In this document: positions 1-15,457 of the stretch, piece after piece
Layout of the letters: the number at the start of each line of letters is the position of its first letter
How positions within the stretch are numbered: the first letter of the stretch is position 1
Assembly (NCBI RefSeq): GCF_009914755.1
Contig: NC_060928.1
Source of the DNA: the human T2T-CHM13v2.0 reference genome, Homo sapiens
Length of the DNA: 64,000 bases
Reading direction: 5' to 3' (one strand)
The notes under the pieces: generated by a model
Told to the model about the DNA's origin: nothing
Databases searched by the model: none
The model's input: only the letters and a program-made list of their open reading frames with translations
Program-made: the position numbers and the translations under genes

Positions 1-818
1 AGACATCATGGAGAACCCCTTTGGGAGGAAGTGATACTACAACAGTTCTTCTCCACCCTCCAGGTAGATGGGGTTGTATGGACTTAAATAATCTATATGA
101 TATGATTTGGGAATAATATAATAGGGTAATAATGTAAATAAGGCTGAACAAATATAAGATTCTGAGAATTTAATTCCAGAGGTCAACCTAAAAAAAGGTC
201 CTTTCAATGCATTCCAAGCAACTCTCCTGTCCTAGCATATACAACAAGAAAAACATATGGGAACAGAGGGAGGATATATATGTACTAAATGAGGAAAGGT
301 TTCCAAAAAAAGTACTTGTCATGGACCCAGGAACTTACAACTTATGAAATTATTTTTATATTATACTTACATAAAGTGATACTATGTTATTTTTCTCAGT
401 GACTACTAAATATTTAACAGGGAAGTGAAAATAATAGTAATACAGATATATGGATATAATTTAGTTTAGCAAGTATCATGTTTCTGAAGAGATATACATA
501 CATTTAAAAAATCAAATAATGTTCAAATCACACAGGAAGAGTTTGCTATTTAAAGAAACATTGCTATGAATACTCTAAAAATAGGAAATATTTTATTTTT
601 GAAGTAAAATTCACACCCTATTAAATTTTGTAGGCAATACTGTATAGGCTTAATATAAGACAAATACATCAGAGAAGGGCCAAAAACGTAATGTAAGGAG
701 AAAAGTTATACATATATTATATATAATCACATGTAATTCAGGTCTAATTTGGGCCAGAAGAAAAAAGGCATAATATTTAGTTGACCACTATCTTCTCCAA
801 GCTCCAGAATCAACTTAC

Positions 819-913
819 CAGTGTCAAGCTTCTCTTCATTATTTATTTCCATTACTACAAATTTCTCACAAACCGCAAAGGTTGGCAAAGTAGAAGAAAT
901 AAACTGCCCAAAT
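819..913 (-). CDS. WDFY3: WDFY3 coding exon 23 of 23 in window (FGQFISSTLP...KLDT), 95 nt, phase 2->1
   Basis: gtttaaag|ATTTG acceptor, ACTG|gtaagt donor. Confidence 0.9.
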
Positions 914-1682
914 CTTTAAACAAAGGAAAACAAGATTATGGATTTTCTTTTTCCTCTTCCCAAAACAAACAACAAAGTACAAAGAAACAAAATACAAAGA
1001 ATAAAAACCAAAACAGTACTTTTTTTTTTTTTCATAATCTCATTTCATTTTATTCACTTGCAGAAAGAAATGCATGTTCTGATCATCTGGAGATTTTAGT
1101 TTCCTTGTTGCCCACTCAGTCCTTCACAGCATACCACCAGCGAGAAAGATAAGAGTAGTGTGGGGGCATGTCTTTGTACTTCTTATCTTAACTAGCCTTT
1201 TAAGGACCATTAGGTGATAATATTTAGTTTGCTTCCTCTTGGACCATCCCAAGTAACATTATATAAAATAATGCTTTTAAAATATGGGGAAAATACAGTT
1301 CTTCGAAATATGAATTCTTTAATGCACTAACATGCAAATGGTTTCAAAAACCAAACAACATGATCCATATTCGAATGTCCTAACATTATCTGGATGGATC
1401 CACTGTAGCCTAGCAGTTAAGAACTTGGGTTTACATATATGATTAAATTCCTGGAGTAGGGGGAACAGGAGAAGAAAAAACATCCTGACTGTATCACATT
1501 CGAATTATGTGACCTGGGGCTTTGTTTCTTCATTTATAAAGTAGGGAAAAAAACAAAAACTTTTACAGGTTTAGGGAATAATTTCAGCAAAGTGACCATT
1601 ACAATGCTAGGAATTGCTTTAAATATACATTCTTGACATAATGATAATTATAATTAATTCTCCAAAATAATTCTTAAGCTAA

Positions 1683-2003
<321 letters not shown>

Positions 2004-2803
2004 CCCCAGGTTTAAAAATATGTTTTGAAGGCAAATTAATAAAAAAGTGAGTGACTTACAAACTATACAGATTAGAGGTTAGTCCATGAGAATAACTGAA
2101 TAAATGGGTGTGATTTCACCTGAGATACTTGGTAGATCACATGAACGAACAGTAGTGACCAAGTCCAGTTTAAGCAATTCTCTACTTGAAAAATATTCAA
2201 TTGTGTAGTTTGTTTTTCTTGTTTTCCTTCTATAATCCCCAAATTTTCCAAAATGGGGATTATCATGTGAACATAAGAACATTTCTACAGACATGCCTTC
2301 AATATGCCTTAAACCGCATTTTGCATTGTCTGCAAAATAATACTTATATCATACAAAAAGTGTGGATATGCAACAGATTTAAAATACCATAATCTGTTTG
2401 AATGACAGAGAATAAAAAATAGCGGTGGCACACCCACTATTTAGGAGTGTGTATGCGTGCTTGTGCACATACATTTAAAAATTAGCAGGGCTTGGGAAAT
2501 AGGATTGGGAACCAAGAATTCCTAGACTGAATACTTTATATCCAGGCCAATTTCATTGGGCTAATTCCTACATCTTTTCTCACCAATATTCTACTATTCA
2601 CTAGTGGCAACAATTAGCTTTGCTCCATCAAGGCAAGATATTGTCTCATTCATGTTTTCCATGCGTCATAAATATTTTGAATCGTATTAACATTACAGGT
2701 GTTATTACACAGTCATAAAAACCAATTAAATTCATCTCATCCATCTTAACCTCATTGGTACTTTTAGTTAATAAAAAGACAAAGACAAAGAAGTTTTTCC
2801 TAC

Positions 2804-2965
2804 CTGAGCAGATCATTGCTGCTAGGAAAACCTTGCAGTAAGAAGCTCAGGACATTACTAATAGCAGCAATAGTAGGCTGGGATAAAGACATATCTCGAA
2901 GAGTCAGGAGCAGCTTTGGGATTAACTGGAATTCTCTCATTAATTTGGCATTCTTTGAGGCTTCA
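2804..2965 (-). CDS. WDFY3: WDFY3 coding exon (SEASKNAKL...NDLLR), 162 nt, phase 2->2
   Basis: cttatag|TGAAG acceptor, TCAG|gtagga donor. Confidence 0.92.
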
Positions 2966-3048
2966 CTATAAGAGAAAGAAGATTTTATACACTGTACTAT
3001 CACCTTTTCTATAGCTGAATAATTAACTACGTGGGTATTAATTAATAC

Positions 3049-3122
3049 CTGGACTCTGTGAGCAGTTCAATAAAGTGTTCAAATAAGGAAAGATGAAGTT
3101 CATATGGTGCATGGAGCCAGAC
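3049..3122 (-). CDS. WDFY3: WDFY3 coding exon (VWLHAPYELH...LTES), 74 nt, phase 0->2
   Basis: attatag|GTCTG acceptor, CCAG|gtatta donor. Confidence 0.91.
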
Positions 3123-3389
3123 CTATAATAAATAAAAACAGTAGTATATTTAAGGTTAAAAAAAATGCCCAAATGCCAAACCAACAAACACCAATACAGC
3201 ACATGGAACTTATTTCACTTATATAATTATTATCTTGTAAAGTTCTATAAAACCACTTATATGCAGAAAAAAAATCATTATAAATTGGCCAAAAAAATGA
3301 CCAAAATGATGGAATTATCACACTTTTACAAAGCTAGTTCAAATACCCTCCATATGCTAAAGAATGTATTGAAAAACATGCACATGACG

Positions 3390-4290
3390 AGGAGCCAAAT
3401 GAAAGACAACCAAAGCCCCCTAATGAACCTCTAGACATGACAAATAAAATATTTAAAATGAAAAATATACTGGACGGCATTAATAGTAGATGAGATACTT
3501 CCGAAAAAAAATTCAATAAACTTGAAGACATAACAATAGAAATTATTCAGAATGAAGCATAAGAAAAAAATACTAAAAAGAAATGACCAGATTTAGTGTA
3601 TGAGTGATTTGAGACAGTATCAAGCAATCTAAGATATGTGTCATTGGTGTCCAGAAAAGGGAAGGGAGTGGCAGGAAAAATCATTGAAGAAATAATGGCT
3701 AAAAAATTCAAATGTGATGAAAATGACAAACTCACAGATCAATAAACCCAAGCAGAAGAAACATTAAGTGGACAAAGGGGACAATGAAATGACTGACATC
3801 TTTAATGTGTGAAAACAATAAAAACAGTCAACTAGAACTCTATTCCATGCAAAAATGTCCTTCAAAAAGGAAGAAAGAAATGGAAGACTTTTCCAGATGA
3901 CAGAATTCACTGCCAATATTTCTGTAATACAGAAATGTTAAAAAAAAATCTCCAGGCAGAAAAATTACACAAGATGGAAATGGAGATTTACACAAAGGAA
4001 TAAAGAATGCTATAAATACTATATATGTAGTCAAACAGAAAATAATTGTAAAATGTTTTTTGAAAATAATTGATCATTTAAAGCAAAAATAATACAAACT
4101 ATCGTAGGGATTATAAACATATAGAAGTAAATGTATACAATAGCATAAAAATGGGAGAAATGAAAGTCTCTTATTGCAAAGTATTTATAAGGTATAATAT
4201 TCTTCAAAGATAGACTGAATTGTTTTAGATGCACATAATAAATTCTAAAACAATCACTAAAAATTGTACATGGCATTGCAATTATTTTAC
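3390..4290 (+). mobile_element. Degenerate old L1M fragment (ORF1/inter-ORF region); approximate limits
   Basis: A-rich strand with L1M-like phrases (cttgaagacataacaatagaaatta; gaagaaataatggctaaaaa; ctagaactctattcca). Confidence 0.6.
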
Positions 4291-4559
4291 TTATATTTGT
4301 CAAATGAGTATTCTAAAAATTTGGTAAATTAGGTATTTATAGACTACTTGTGGTTTGGAGTAATTAGGGATGCTATAAGAAGCCATAAAGTGAGCAATGT
4401 ACTATAAAATAAAGCAAAATTTATTAAGCAACTAAATTTCTGATGTTTGTATATTGAGTTTTAATCAGAAATCTGAAACTGAAGATAATCCTTGATTTAA
4501 ATGTGTCAGTTACCAGGTGAAAACAAGGTTAGGCTGGGTTAGGTAGGTCTTCTTAGTGT

Positions 4560-5900
4560 TCCCATAATCCCTTCTGTCTACCATCTCTGGGCTTTCACAA
4601 GTTTTAAATTATCTATTTCTTTGTCTTTTTCCTCTAATGGACTAAATGCCTTGAGCTGTGGACTCTTACTTTTTCTTTTCACATCCTTAGTAACTAATAT
4701 AGTGTTTGCCTCAAAAATACTCAGCAAGTGCTTTCTAAAAGAATAAGAGGTTTGGATATTAGAACTTTGAATACTAGGCTGAGAAATGTGTACTTTATAG
4801 TGTAGAAAAGGAAAATCACTGAAAGTCCTTGAATAAATGATACGATTATGCCTTTGAAAGAATGAGGTCCCAAGGGTATGTAGGACAGCCTGAGCAAAGG
4901 GAAAAAGAAGTGATAGTTATCCTAGTATGAATAGGAGAAGAATTGATTAGGGCTTGAATTAAGATATAGCAGTAGAAGCAGAAAAGGCAGACTACGAAAT
5001 GTGAAAGTAGAACCTATATGACAATATCAGACTGTTTATACACAGGGAAGAAGGAAGCTGATGTTTTCAATTTCAAGACTTGGTGACTAGGGGAATGGTG
5101 GTGTTATTAAGAGAAATAGAGAAGTTAGAAGGAAGAACTAATTTGGAGAGGGATGCTAAGTTCAGTTAAGGTGTTGGTGGGACAGTGCTGACTGAGCAAG
5201 AATTAAAAATAAGTCTGGAATTCAGATGTCAAGGTTAGAGATTTAGATTTGAGGATCAACTCCACAGAGATGAGACCGTCAGCCTAGGTAAGAGTTTAAA
5301 GAAAGGAAAACAACAAATAAAGGAAAATGTAAAAAAGTAAAGATGAACATCCTTACATAAAATAATGAAAACATTGCTGCAAGAAAATAATAGAAAAAAA
5401 TAGTAAGAAAGATGTAAGAACCAGGATATTAACACCTGAAAGCTAGCAAAAGAAGTATAACTTGAAAGAATATGAGGGAAACAGACAATAGCCAATGTTA
5501 CTGAGAGCTGCGGATGCTGAAAACTGAGTACAGGCCATAGATTTTTATTTAGGGGGAAGCTTCTAGTAAGCTTTGAAAATACAGTGTCAGTAAAGCAATT
5601 AGGGCACACTGTTTGTGAGGGATTCAATAATTGACAAAACAGAGCTTACAGAAGTTGTGAGGAAGAAGGGTTAGGGCCTAGACACAAGAGTTCGCAAATA
5701 TTAAGTGCTAGGCACTATTCTAGGTGGTAGGAACACAAAGACAAAGAAGATAAACATGATTTCCCCAATCATAAAGCCCATAGATCCTACAGTTTCACAG
5801 GGATATATTACATAAATTTAGTACATAATAACTAACATGCAAAGTGCTGTAAACAAGAAATTAAATGGAAAAAGGATATAAGTGATCACGAGTTGCCTTG
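4560..5900. mobile_element. Degenerate L2 fragments; approximate limits
   Basis: L2-like purine-rich phrases (gagaagttagaaggaagaactaatttgg; ctaggcactattctagg). Confidence 0.5.
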
Positions 5901-6107
5901 AGAGAACAGAGTGTAAGCTGTTACAGTAATAAGCCAGTAGAAATGAAAATGCCTTTGAAAGAATGAGGTCCCAAGGGTATGTAGGACAGCCTGAGCAAAG
6001 GGGAAAAAGAAGTGATAGTTATTCTAGTATGAATAGGAGAAGGATTGATTAGGGCTTGAATTAGGATATAGCAGTAGAAGCAGAAAAGGTAGACTATGAA
6101 ATGTGAA
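4848..6107 (+). repeat. Dispersed direct duplication of about 158 bp (4848-5005 and 5949-6107)
   Basis: Manual alignment: 5 substitutions and 1 indel. Confidence 0.92.
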
Positions 6108-6486
6108 CATAAAATGAATGATATTTTACCATGCAGCTGTAACCAAAATTAGAGGTCTAGGTCCTATTTATCAAGAAAAAGTTTCTATCAGAATTGCCTG
6201 ATGAAACTATGTTTGACTCATGTAATGCCACTGCCAGCAGCAAATCAGCTAGTTAGGGATATGCATCATACCATTTCACTTCTAAAATATTTGCAAAATG
6301 GAATATCCTTGGAGAAAAGGAACCCCAGCATTATTCTACTTTTTATATTTTACTAAATGATATTAACATGAACATCATAAAATTATAGGGCTTTAAACAC
6401 ATTTTAGAGATAAAATAGTTTATAATCATATGGAGTAAGAAATGCATTCATTGATTATATATTATCAATTATGCTTATATACATAC

Positions 6487-6639
6487 TTCAAAATCACAGA
6501 GGAGGTCCTGGAAAGCAGTTGAATTTGGAATAATGGAGGTCTCATGTCCACTATCAACAGTTCCCACCAAAGAAAAAGTTAGATGGAGGATGTGGCTGTT
6601 AAGAAGGGAACGTTTCTTCTTAAGCAACATTGCCAGCAA
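6487..6639 (-). CDS. WDFY3: WDFY3 coding exon (LLAMLLKKKR...LCDFE), 153 nt, phase 0->0
   Basis: cttgtag|TTGCT acceptor, GAA|gtatgt donor. Confidence 0.92.
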
Positions 6640-6692
6640 CTACAAGAAAGTAATACCAAATGCCTGTTGATAAATCATCATATATATTCATT

Positions 6693-6760
6693 ACACACAC
6701 ACAAACACACACATACACACACAAACACACACATACACACACAAACACACACATACACAC
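6693..6760. repeat. Interrupted (CA)n microsatellite
   Basis: acacacacacaaacacacacatacacac... tract. Confidence 0.95.
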
Positions 6761-7385
6761 AGAATCCTATGTAGATGATTTTCTGAGATTATTAAGTTAA
6801 TTTCTAAATTTTTATTATGAAAATATAACATTAGGTAAAATCTGAAAAACAAAGGGATCTTAACATTCTATTAAAATATCCACTTTTACATTTACCCTTT
6901 CAATTCCATTATAAATATGTAAATAGTTACCAACGCGTGCATAAAATTGTATGTATAATGAAAACATCACAGCAAGAATATAAAATTGTATGCACATGAT
7001 GGTAACTACTTAAATATACACTTTTTGTGTTATAAAGTATTTTTTTTTGCAACACGGTCTTAATAATTACAATTTTAAAAGGTTGAATGATAGTCTATGG
7101 AATGCTTAGAGTATAATTAGTCATTCTCTTATTACTGGTATATCTAGATTGTTCTATTTTTTCATGATAAACAACGCTGCAATAATCATTTTGAAAGTTT
7201 TGCAAAAGAAAACACTTATTGAAATACTATAATTAAATCTATACAACACAGTAAACAGTATATTCATTATCAATAAACTAATGGTTAAACTTGCAGAAGG
7301 CATTTGTACTTCGTGTATGATAGGTTTTAATCTTGCTTCAAGTATTTGTTCCTCTTCTTACAAGTGATTTTTTATCTAATTCTGA

Positions 7386-7610
<225 letters not shown>

Positions 7611-8091
7611 TAGTGGCTTTCACGTCTCCTGAGTAAGTAACAGAGATAAAAGATGGTGGGGTGTGAGGTGGAGGGGAGAGAGAAGGAAACAGGGAGAGCC
7701 CTGAATCTACCATGGATTTGGCAATCCTTTCAGGAAGGGGGAATAGGACCCCATTTCATTTCTTTCCCATTTCCACAGAGAAAAACAACATTCAAACCAG
7801 CAAACCTTTGTTCTGAAAATAAATTCAATGTATTAAAGCTATATTGAAATAATGTTGCCTAACTCAAGTGTTTAGTAAGATTTGATAAGATAGGAGAAAA
7901 AGGATAAAGCAAAATAAAGAAACAATACATACTTTCATTTGACATATATTAGTTTTCATAAAACTACTGTCTCTTTAAGTTTCCTTGGACAATATAATTC
8001 TTCCAGAGTTTCAAACAACATGAATGATAATAAAAAAGCAGAGTATTTTAGGTGCCAGGTGAAGTGAAGGCAAAGTTTTACAGTTACAAAC

Positions 8092-8282
8092 CTGGTAGCC
8101 CTTGATTCTTTCCATTTCTTTGCTGGCTAGTGGGTTACTCTTGACCACACAAACCAGGGCCTTGACTGCTGCATATAACCCTTCCACATCAGAGGCCATG
8201 GCCACCAGGCCCAGGATGGCTGCAGCTCCACCAACGTACTGCAAAGTAGTGGCAACAGGCTTAGGGACAAATGTTCTTACTC
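8092..8282 (-). CDS. WDFY3: WDFY3 coding exon (GVRTFVPKP...IKGYQ), 191 nt, phase 1->0
   Basis: taatcag|GAGTA acceptor, CAG|gtttgt donor. Confidence 0.92.
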
Positions 8283-8460
8283 CTGATTAAAAGATAGTGA
8301 AAAATAATTAAGATAAATTCCCCATGTGAACAAGAACTGTATACATCATCTTGAAAAGTTTTTTAATTAGCAGTGTTTTATTTTAAAAATATCTTCTGTC
8401 TATAATGCAAATTCTAGGGAAAGCATTAAAGGTAGAATTTGGGACAAGGCAATACAGGCT

Positions 8461-8750
8461 GGCTGGGCACGGTGGCTCACACCTGTAATCCCAGCACTTT
8501 GGGAGGCCGAAGCAAGTGGATCACAAGGTCAGGAGTTTGAGACTAGTCTGACCAACATGGTGAAACCCCAAACCCCGTCTCTACTAAAAATACAAAAATT
8601 AGCCGGGCGTGGTTGCACGCGCCTACAATCTCAGCTACACAGGAGGCTGAGGCAGGAGACTCACTTTAACCTAGGAGTTGGAGGTTGCAGTGAGCCGAGA
8701 TCGCGCCACCGCACTCCAGCCTGGGTGACAGAGGGAGACTCCCTCTCAAA

Positions 8751-8781
<31 letters not shown>

Positions 8782-8785
8782 AAAA
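8461..8785 (+). mobile_element. Full-length AluS with (AAAT)n tail
   Basis: ggctgggcacggtggctcac... Alu dimer. Confidence 0.92.
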
Positions 8786-9371
8786 TTCTTTGAAAAGGAA
8801 AAAAAGCTAATCTACATACTCTTAGAGAAGACTGGGTGTAGAGGAGTGAGCAGAGAAGAGCAGGGCTTTACAGCAAGCACAAATGTTTCTACTGTGTAGC
8901 TCTGGGCTGTACTCAAAAGTAAGTGGTCTTGAGAATGCATTTCTGAGTAAGTAAGAGTGCCTTACTAGCATCTGTTGGGGAATAACCTTGGGGACAATAA
9001 AAGTCACTTTAACTCTGTGAACTGGAGAAAGGTTTGGAGAAGCTATCCTGGCGGGGATGATGTATTTCCTATAGATAAACCAAGCAAAGCACATTACTGA
9101 CCATTACCCAGAGCTTCTCTTGGTTAAGTAATCTGTGTAACAGTACATCAGTAACTTTAGGAGAGCATAAGTTTATAGAAACACAGTCCTGGAACTGTGT
9201 GCCAATTAAAAAAAAAAAAATCACACCTACATTCCTAACATTTTAAAGAGGCATTGTTTGAATGTCACTTGCCTGCTGACCAAGACTGAGATTTTAAAAA
9301 ATAAAAGTAACATGCATATTATATTTCTATGTGCTCTGCAGTATTCACAATACTTTCTTTCCTTCTTTCCC

Positions 9372-9535
9372 TTTTGTTTTTTTTTTTTTTTTTTGAGACA
9401 GGGTCTCATTGTCACCCAGGCTGGAATGCAGTGGCTCAATCACAGCTCATTGCAGTCTCCTGGGCTCAAACAATCCTCCTGTCTAGGCCTCCCAAAGTGC
9501 TGGGATTACATGGTGTGAACCACCATGCCCAGCCC
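9372..9535 (-). mobile_element. Alu monomer (FLAM/AluJ-like)
   Basis: Poly-T followed by gagacagggtctc...cccaaagtgctgggattac. Confidence 0.85.
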
Positions 9536-10353
9536 ACAATACCTTCATATATTACAGTGCTGGATTTTGAAAACTAGCTCCTAAGGTAATTAGGGCCAGT
9601 ATTACTAGTTTATAGATAAGAACACTGAAGTTCATAGAGCTTAACTGTATGGCATAATATCACATAGTGACACAACAGGGGCTGGAACCTAAGTCTCTGA
9701 ACTTACTGCTCACTGCTCTTTCCACTATACCACAGGGCTGCTATACTTTTGAAAAGGACATACCACAGTGCTTGTAAGTATTTTTTGAATAAAAGAACGC
9801 TACCACGTGCTTTAGAGTAAAGAAAATTTTTACCAATGCTGTATTATCAAAAAAGAAAAACAAACATTTATGCAATTCACTGGGACAATAAAAATTGCCA
9901 ATGACTAATAAACATGTTGGATTCTGACCAGCACAACACTAACTTTTTATTAATCTAAAAAGGAACCAGTATTATATACTGATTTACACATTAAAAGTCA
10001 CAATCACTGGTTCTGAATTTTGAATGGCGTGATTGGTTTATGTCTCAAGATCCTATCTAACAAAAAAACAAAAACAAAAATAACGTTTTAAGCAGACATG
10101 TACAAGGCTCTGAAGAATGTCCACGCTCTAAATTTTTATTATAGTTTGAGTCAGTGTTTATACTCAGAAGCTCTAATTTCTAGCTCATTTCTAAATTAAC
10201 AAAAACTCATGAGCTATATACCAAATCATGAAACAATCAATAATAGTTCTGAATTTTGATACCTGTCACTAAATGTAATTTGAAATTTACCTAAAAGTTA
10301 CACGAAATTATATAGTCAGTGCTGATCATTACTGACAAGAGGGAAACAGTGCA

Positions 10354-10740
10354 ATTTTTTTTTTTTATTTTACTTTAAGTTCTGGGATACATGCACAGAA
10401 CGTGCAGGTTTGCTACATAGGTAAACATGTGCCATGGTGGTTTGCTGCACCTATAAACCTGTCACCTAGGTATTAAGCACCACATGCATTAGGTATTTGT
10501 ACTGATGCTCTCCCTCCCCTTGGCCCACTTCCCCTGACAGGCCCTGGTATGTGATGTTCCCGTCCCTGTGTCCGTATGTTCTCATTGTTCAGCTCCCCGC
10601 TATGAGTGAGACTATGCAACATTTGGTTTTCTGTTCTTGTGTTAGTTTGCTGAGGATGATTTCTAGCTTCATCTATGTCCCTGCAAAGGACATGATCTCA
10701 TTCCTTTTTATGGCTGTATAGTATTCCTTGGTGGATATGT
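10354..10740 (-). mobile_element. L1PA 3' end fragment
   Basis: tttaagttctgggatacatgcacagaacgtgcaggtttg... is the reverse of an L1PA 3'UTR. Confidence 0.9.
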
Positions 10741-10946
10741 AAAAGTTAGTGGGATTTTATGAAAGGTTATTATTTTAAATTGACTGGAATTTGAGATTGT
10801 TACATGTAATCTCTGAATACTGCACGTACACTATAGGTCAGTGCTATTAAAATATGAACTTAAATACTGCCCCTTAAGTGAGGAAAGTGAATGCAAACTT
10901 GATGGCAAATAAAGAAGTTTGAAACAACAAAGATAAGTCCACTCAC

Positions 10947-11058
10947 CCAAGTATCCAATCAGAGCGGCCCCAATTGTCCGTGCAGATCCATTAAGATGTC
11001 CTGCTGAATTGTGTATCAACTTCACAGGAGTGGCATTCTCATGTGAGGAAATGCCTAA
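10947..11058 (-). CDS. WDFY3: WDFY3 coding exon (LGISSHENA...LIGYL), 112 nt, phase 0->1
   Basis: tttttcag|TTAGG acceptor, TTGG|gtgagt donor. Confidence 0.92.
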
Positions 11059-11195
11059 CTGAAAAATAGGAAAGGAAAAGAATGTAATTATATAAGAACA
11101 GTTTCAATGTTTTGATTGGAAAAGAAACCAAACACATGAATGGTAACATATCTTTTCTCTCCTCCCTTATCAGAATACTGAAAAACGAGCATTTA

Positions 11196-11447
11196 GGTCC
11201 AGCCTGGTGGCTCATGCCTATAATCCTAACACTTTGTAAGATAGAGGCAAGGGAATCGCTTGAGCCCGGAGTTTGAGACCAGCCTGGGAAACATGGCGAG
11301 ACCCCCATCTCTACTAAAATGCAAAAAATTAGCCAGGTCTTGTGGTGCATTACTCAGGAGGCAGAGGTGGGAGAAACACCTGAGCCTAGGAGGTCGAGAA
11401 TGCAGTCAACGGAGATTGTGCCACTGGCACTCCACACTCCAGCCTGG
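11196..11447 (+). mobile_element. AluJ-like element lacking its 3' end and poly-A; TSD GAGCATTTA
   Basis: Alu dimer; GAGCATTTA at 11187-11195 and 11448-11456. Confidence 0.85.
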
Positions 11448-11842
11448 GAGCATTTATTTTTGGAAATGTACAAACACTTCCAAAGTGTGGAAACTCACAG
11501 GAGGTAAGTTAAACACAATTTACTGAGATAAAGATGGTGAGAGGATCTTGAGACACAGCTTCAGGGGTCTTTGTGAATGAAGTTCTTTGGTAGTTTAAAG
11601 GTTGTTATCACTAACTGCCTCACAGTATTTCAGATCAGTGAACATATTAGCTTTATTCCATATCCAAGTAAACATAAGTTATCCAAGAGTTTATAGATAA
11701 AACATGCCTACATAAAGGAATCTTACATTTTGTACATTCACACATACACAAGATCTATTTTCAAGGCAAATATAACTTTAATTCTGTTGTTCACTATAGA
11801 GTTATGTGAAGTTTATGTTCCTTAGATATGTATATGTGTCAT

Positions 11843-11883
<41 letters not shown>
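11843..11883. repeat. (CA)n microsatellite of about 18-20 units
   Basis: Direct reading. Confidence 0.95.
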
Positions 11884-11887
<4 letters not shown>

Positions 11888-11919
11888 CTCTGCGTAAGAG
11901 TTGTCAATACTTACAGTTC

Positions 11920-13655
<1,736 letters not shown>

Positions 13656-13954
13656 GTAGCCTTAAAAACAGTAATTGTTTTCATTAGTTTTCTAAAGTTA
13701 AATTTCTTAATTGCCAATATAAATAAATTAATATGAATTATGTACTCATAACAGAAACTGTCACTTTTCCAAATTAAGTTACATATCTACATGTGTTTTG
13801 GCCTACATTTGAAGTCAAATTAACCAAACATAAACAATACATGAAAGGCATGATTTTTAGCAGTCACTCATAATTGAGTAGTATCCATATGAGACTCTGA
13901 GACATGTTCCCAGTGAGAATCAGCCATAGTACACCAAGAAATCATTCTGCTTAC

Positions 13955-14115
13955 CTGCTTAGCAATGGCTTTGCTATCCAATTTGTTATACACTTTCCGG
14001 ATTCTTGCCACTGTTAGAGACGACACAGAGAGTGCATAGAGGCCAAATGACACTTTCTCCTCTGGTACTAATGACACAGGGGATGGCACCACCCCTTCGG
14101 ATTTTGCATCTTTAC
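13955..14115 (-). CDS. WDFY3: WDFY3 coding exon (CKDAKSEG...AIAKQ), 161 nt, phase 1->0
   Basis: ttttgaag|GTAAA acceptor, CAG|gtaagc donor. Confidence 0.9.
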
Positions 14116-14554
14116 CTTCAAAAGAAGAATAATTCTTTTCAAAATCATCAGTAGTTCTCATCTTAAAGTAAGTTTTTTATTCTTACTATCATTTTTAAAT
14201 GAGGAGGCTTGAAAGTCTTAAAGTAGAATAAGAGAGGTAAATTTAAAAACTATCTTCTCAGCTCTTCATTTATTTCTTTAATTAAAAGATGGAAAAAGAA
14301 ATCTAGTCATAGAGTTCTACATTCTAAGTGCCACTCTTAAAACATGTTTAACATATAGCACAACGTAAAGGATGAAAAGTTTTAACTGTTATCTGACAAA
14401 CTGTAAAACATGTCCCCCTAGATTCAAAGGAAAAAGGAATGAAGATGAATAAAATGCTGATCAGCCATGTAGCACTATGTCCCCTCCCCTAAAAAAGCAC
14501 TCAGATATGCCTGCCTGTATTCTTTGAGACCACAAAGCAGAGGAGTTATTAATA

Positions 14555-14800
14555 AAGGCATGTGTTTTAAAGCTACATGGCCTGAGTTTGAATCTTGCTT
14601 TATCACTTAAAAGCTGTGCGACCTATATGTCTTTGTGCCTCAGTTTCCTCTTCTGTGAAATGGGAATGATAATGACAGTACCTAACTCACAGTGTTTTGA
14701 GATGAATAAATACATGTGAAGGGCTCAGAACAGCTACATCCTTCATGTGTATTGACTTATTTAGCACACAGTAAGTGCCCAAGAAGTGTTAGCTTTTATT
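14555..14800 (+). mobile_element. MIR
   Basis: Core tgtgcctcagtttcctcttctgtgaaatggg. Confidence 0.75.
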
Positions 14801-15457
14801 AGATACCATCTAAATTAAGAATGAGTGAAAAGATAAATTACTAAATCTTAGGATTATGACCATTTACAATATACTTGTCCTAACTCTTCTGAGATTCTTG
14901 GTGGAATCAGAACAAGGGAGTGGAAGACCATCATTTGCAAGGAGTACTACCAAGGAACTGCCAGCTTAACATCAGTTCCTCTGAGTCTAAATTTCATTTG
15001 GGAGAAAGGATAACAAAAAGTAGGCTTGGAGTAAAGAAATGAGGAAAAATAATGTTAAGTGATCTCATCTAGAGAATATGTGTGTGTGTTTATTGAACCT
15101 ATCTGTTCTTCCTTTAACAGGGGTGGCTATACTTTAAACTGCTTCATGTAATAGGAGAAATCACAGAAAGAGAAGAGTGTCACAGTTAGACTCCTAGAGG
15201 GCATATACCTATATCTCAGAGCCAGTAAGAGAAACTGGATAATAAGCGATCAGACATAAAGACAAAGAATCCAGAAAGTGCAGTATAATCAGTGGAGGAA
15301 AATATTTTCAATAGGAGTGAGTATCCTGCTGAAGAAGATTAGAGGAGAAGGCGCTTTTCCTAGATTAACAATATGTATAACCTCAGACACACACATGCAT
15401 CTATATTGCAGGAGTTAAGTTTCATACAACTTCAAGAACTAAAAATAAGTTACTCAC

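Noticed and set aside
6608-6625. KKKR basic cluster as a possible nuclear localisation signal
   Set aside because: It sits in a hydrophobic helical context (LLAMLLKKKRSLL); four basic residues alone are not enough evidence
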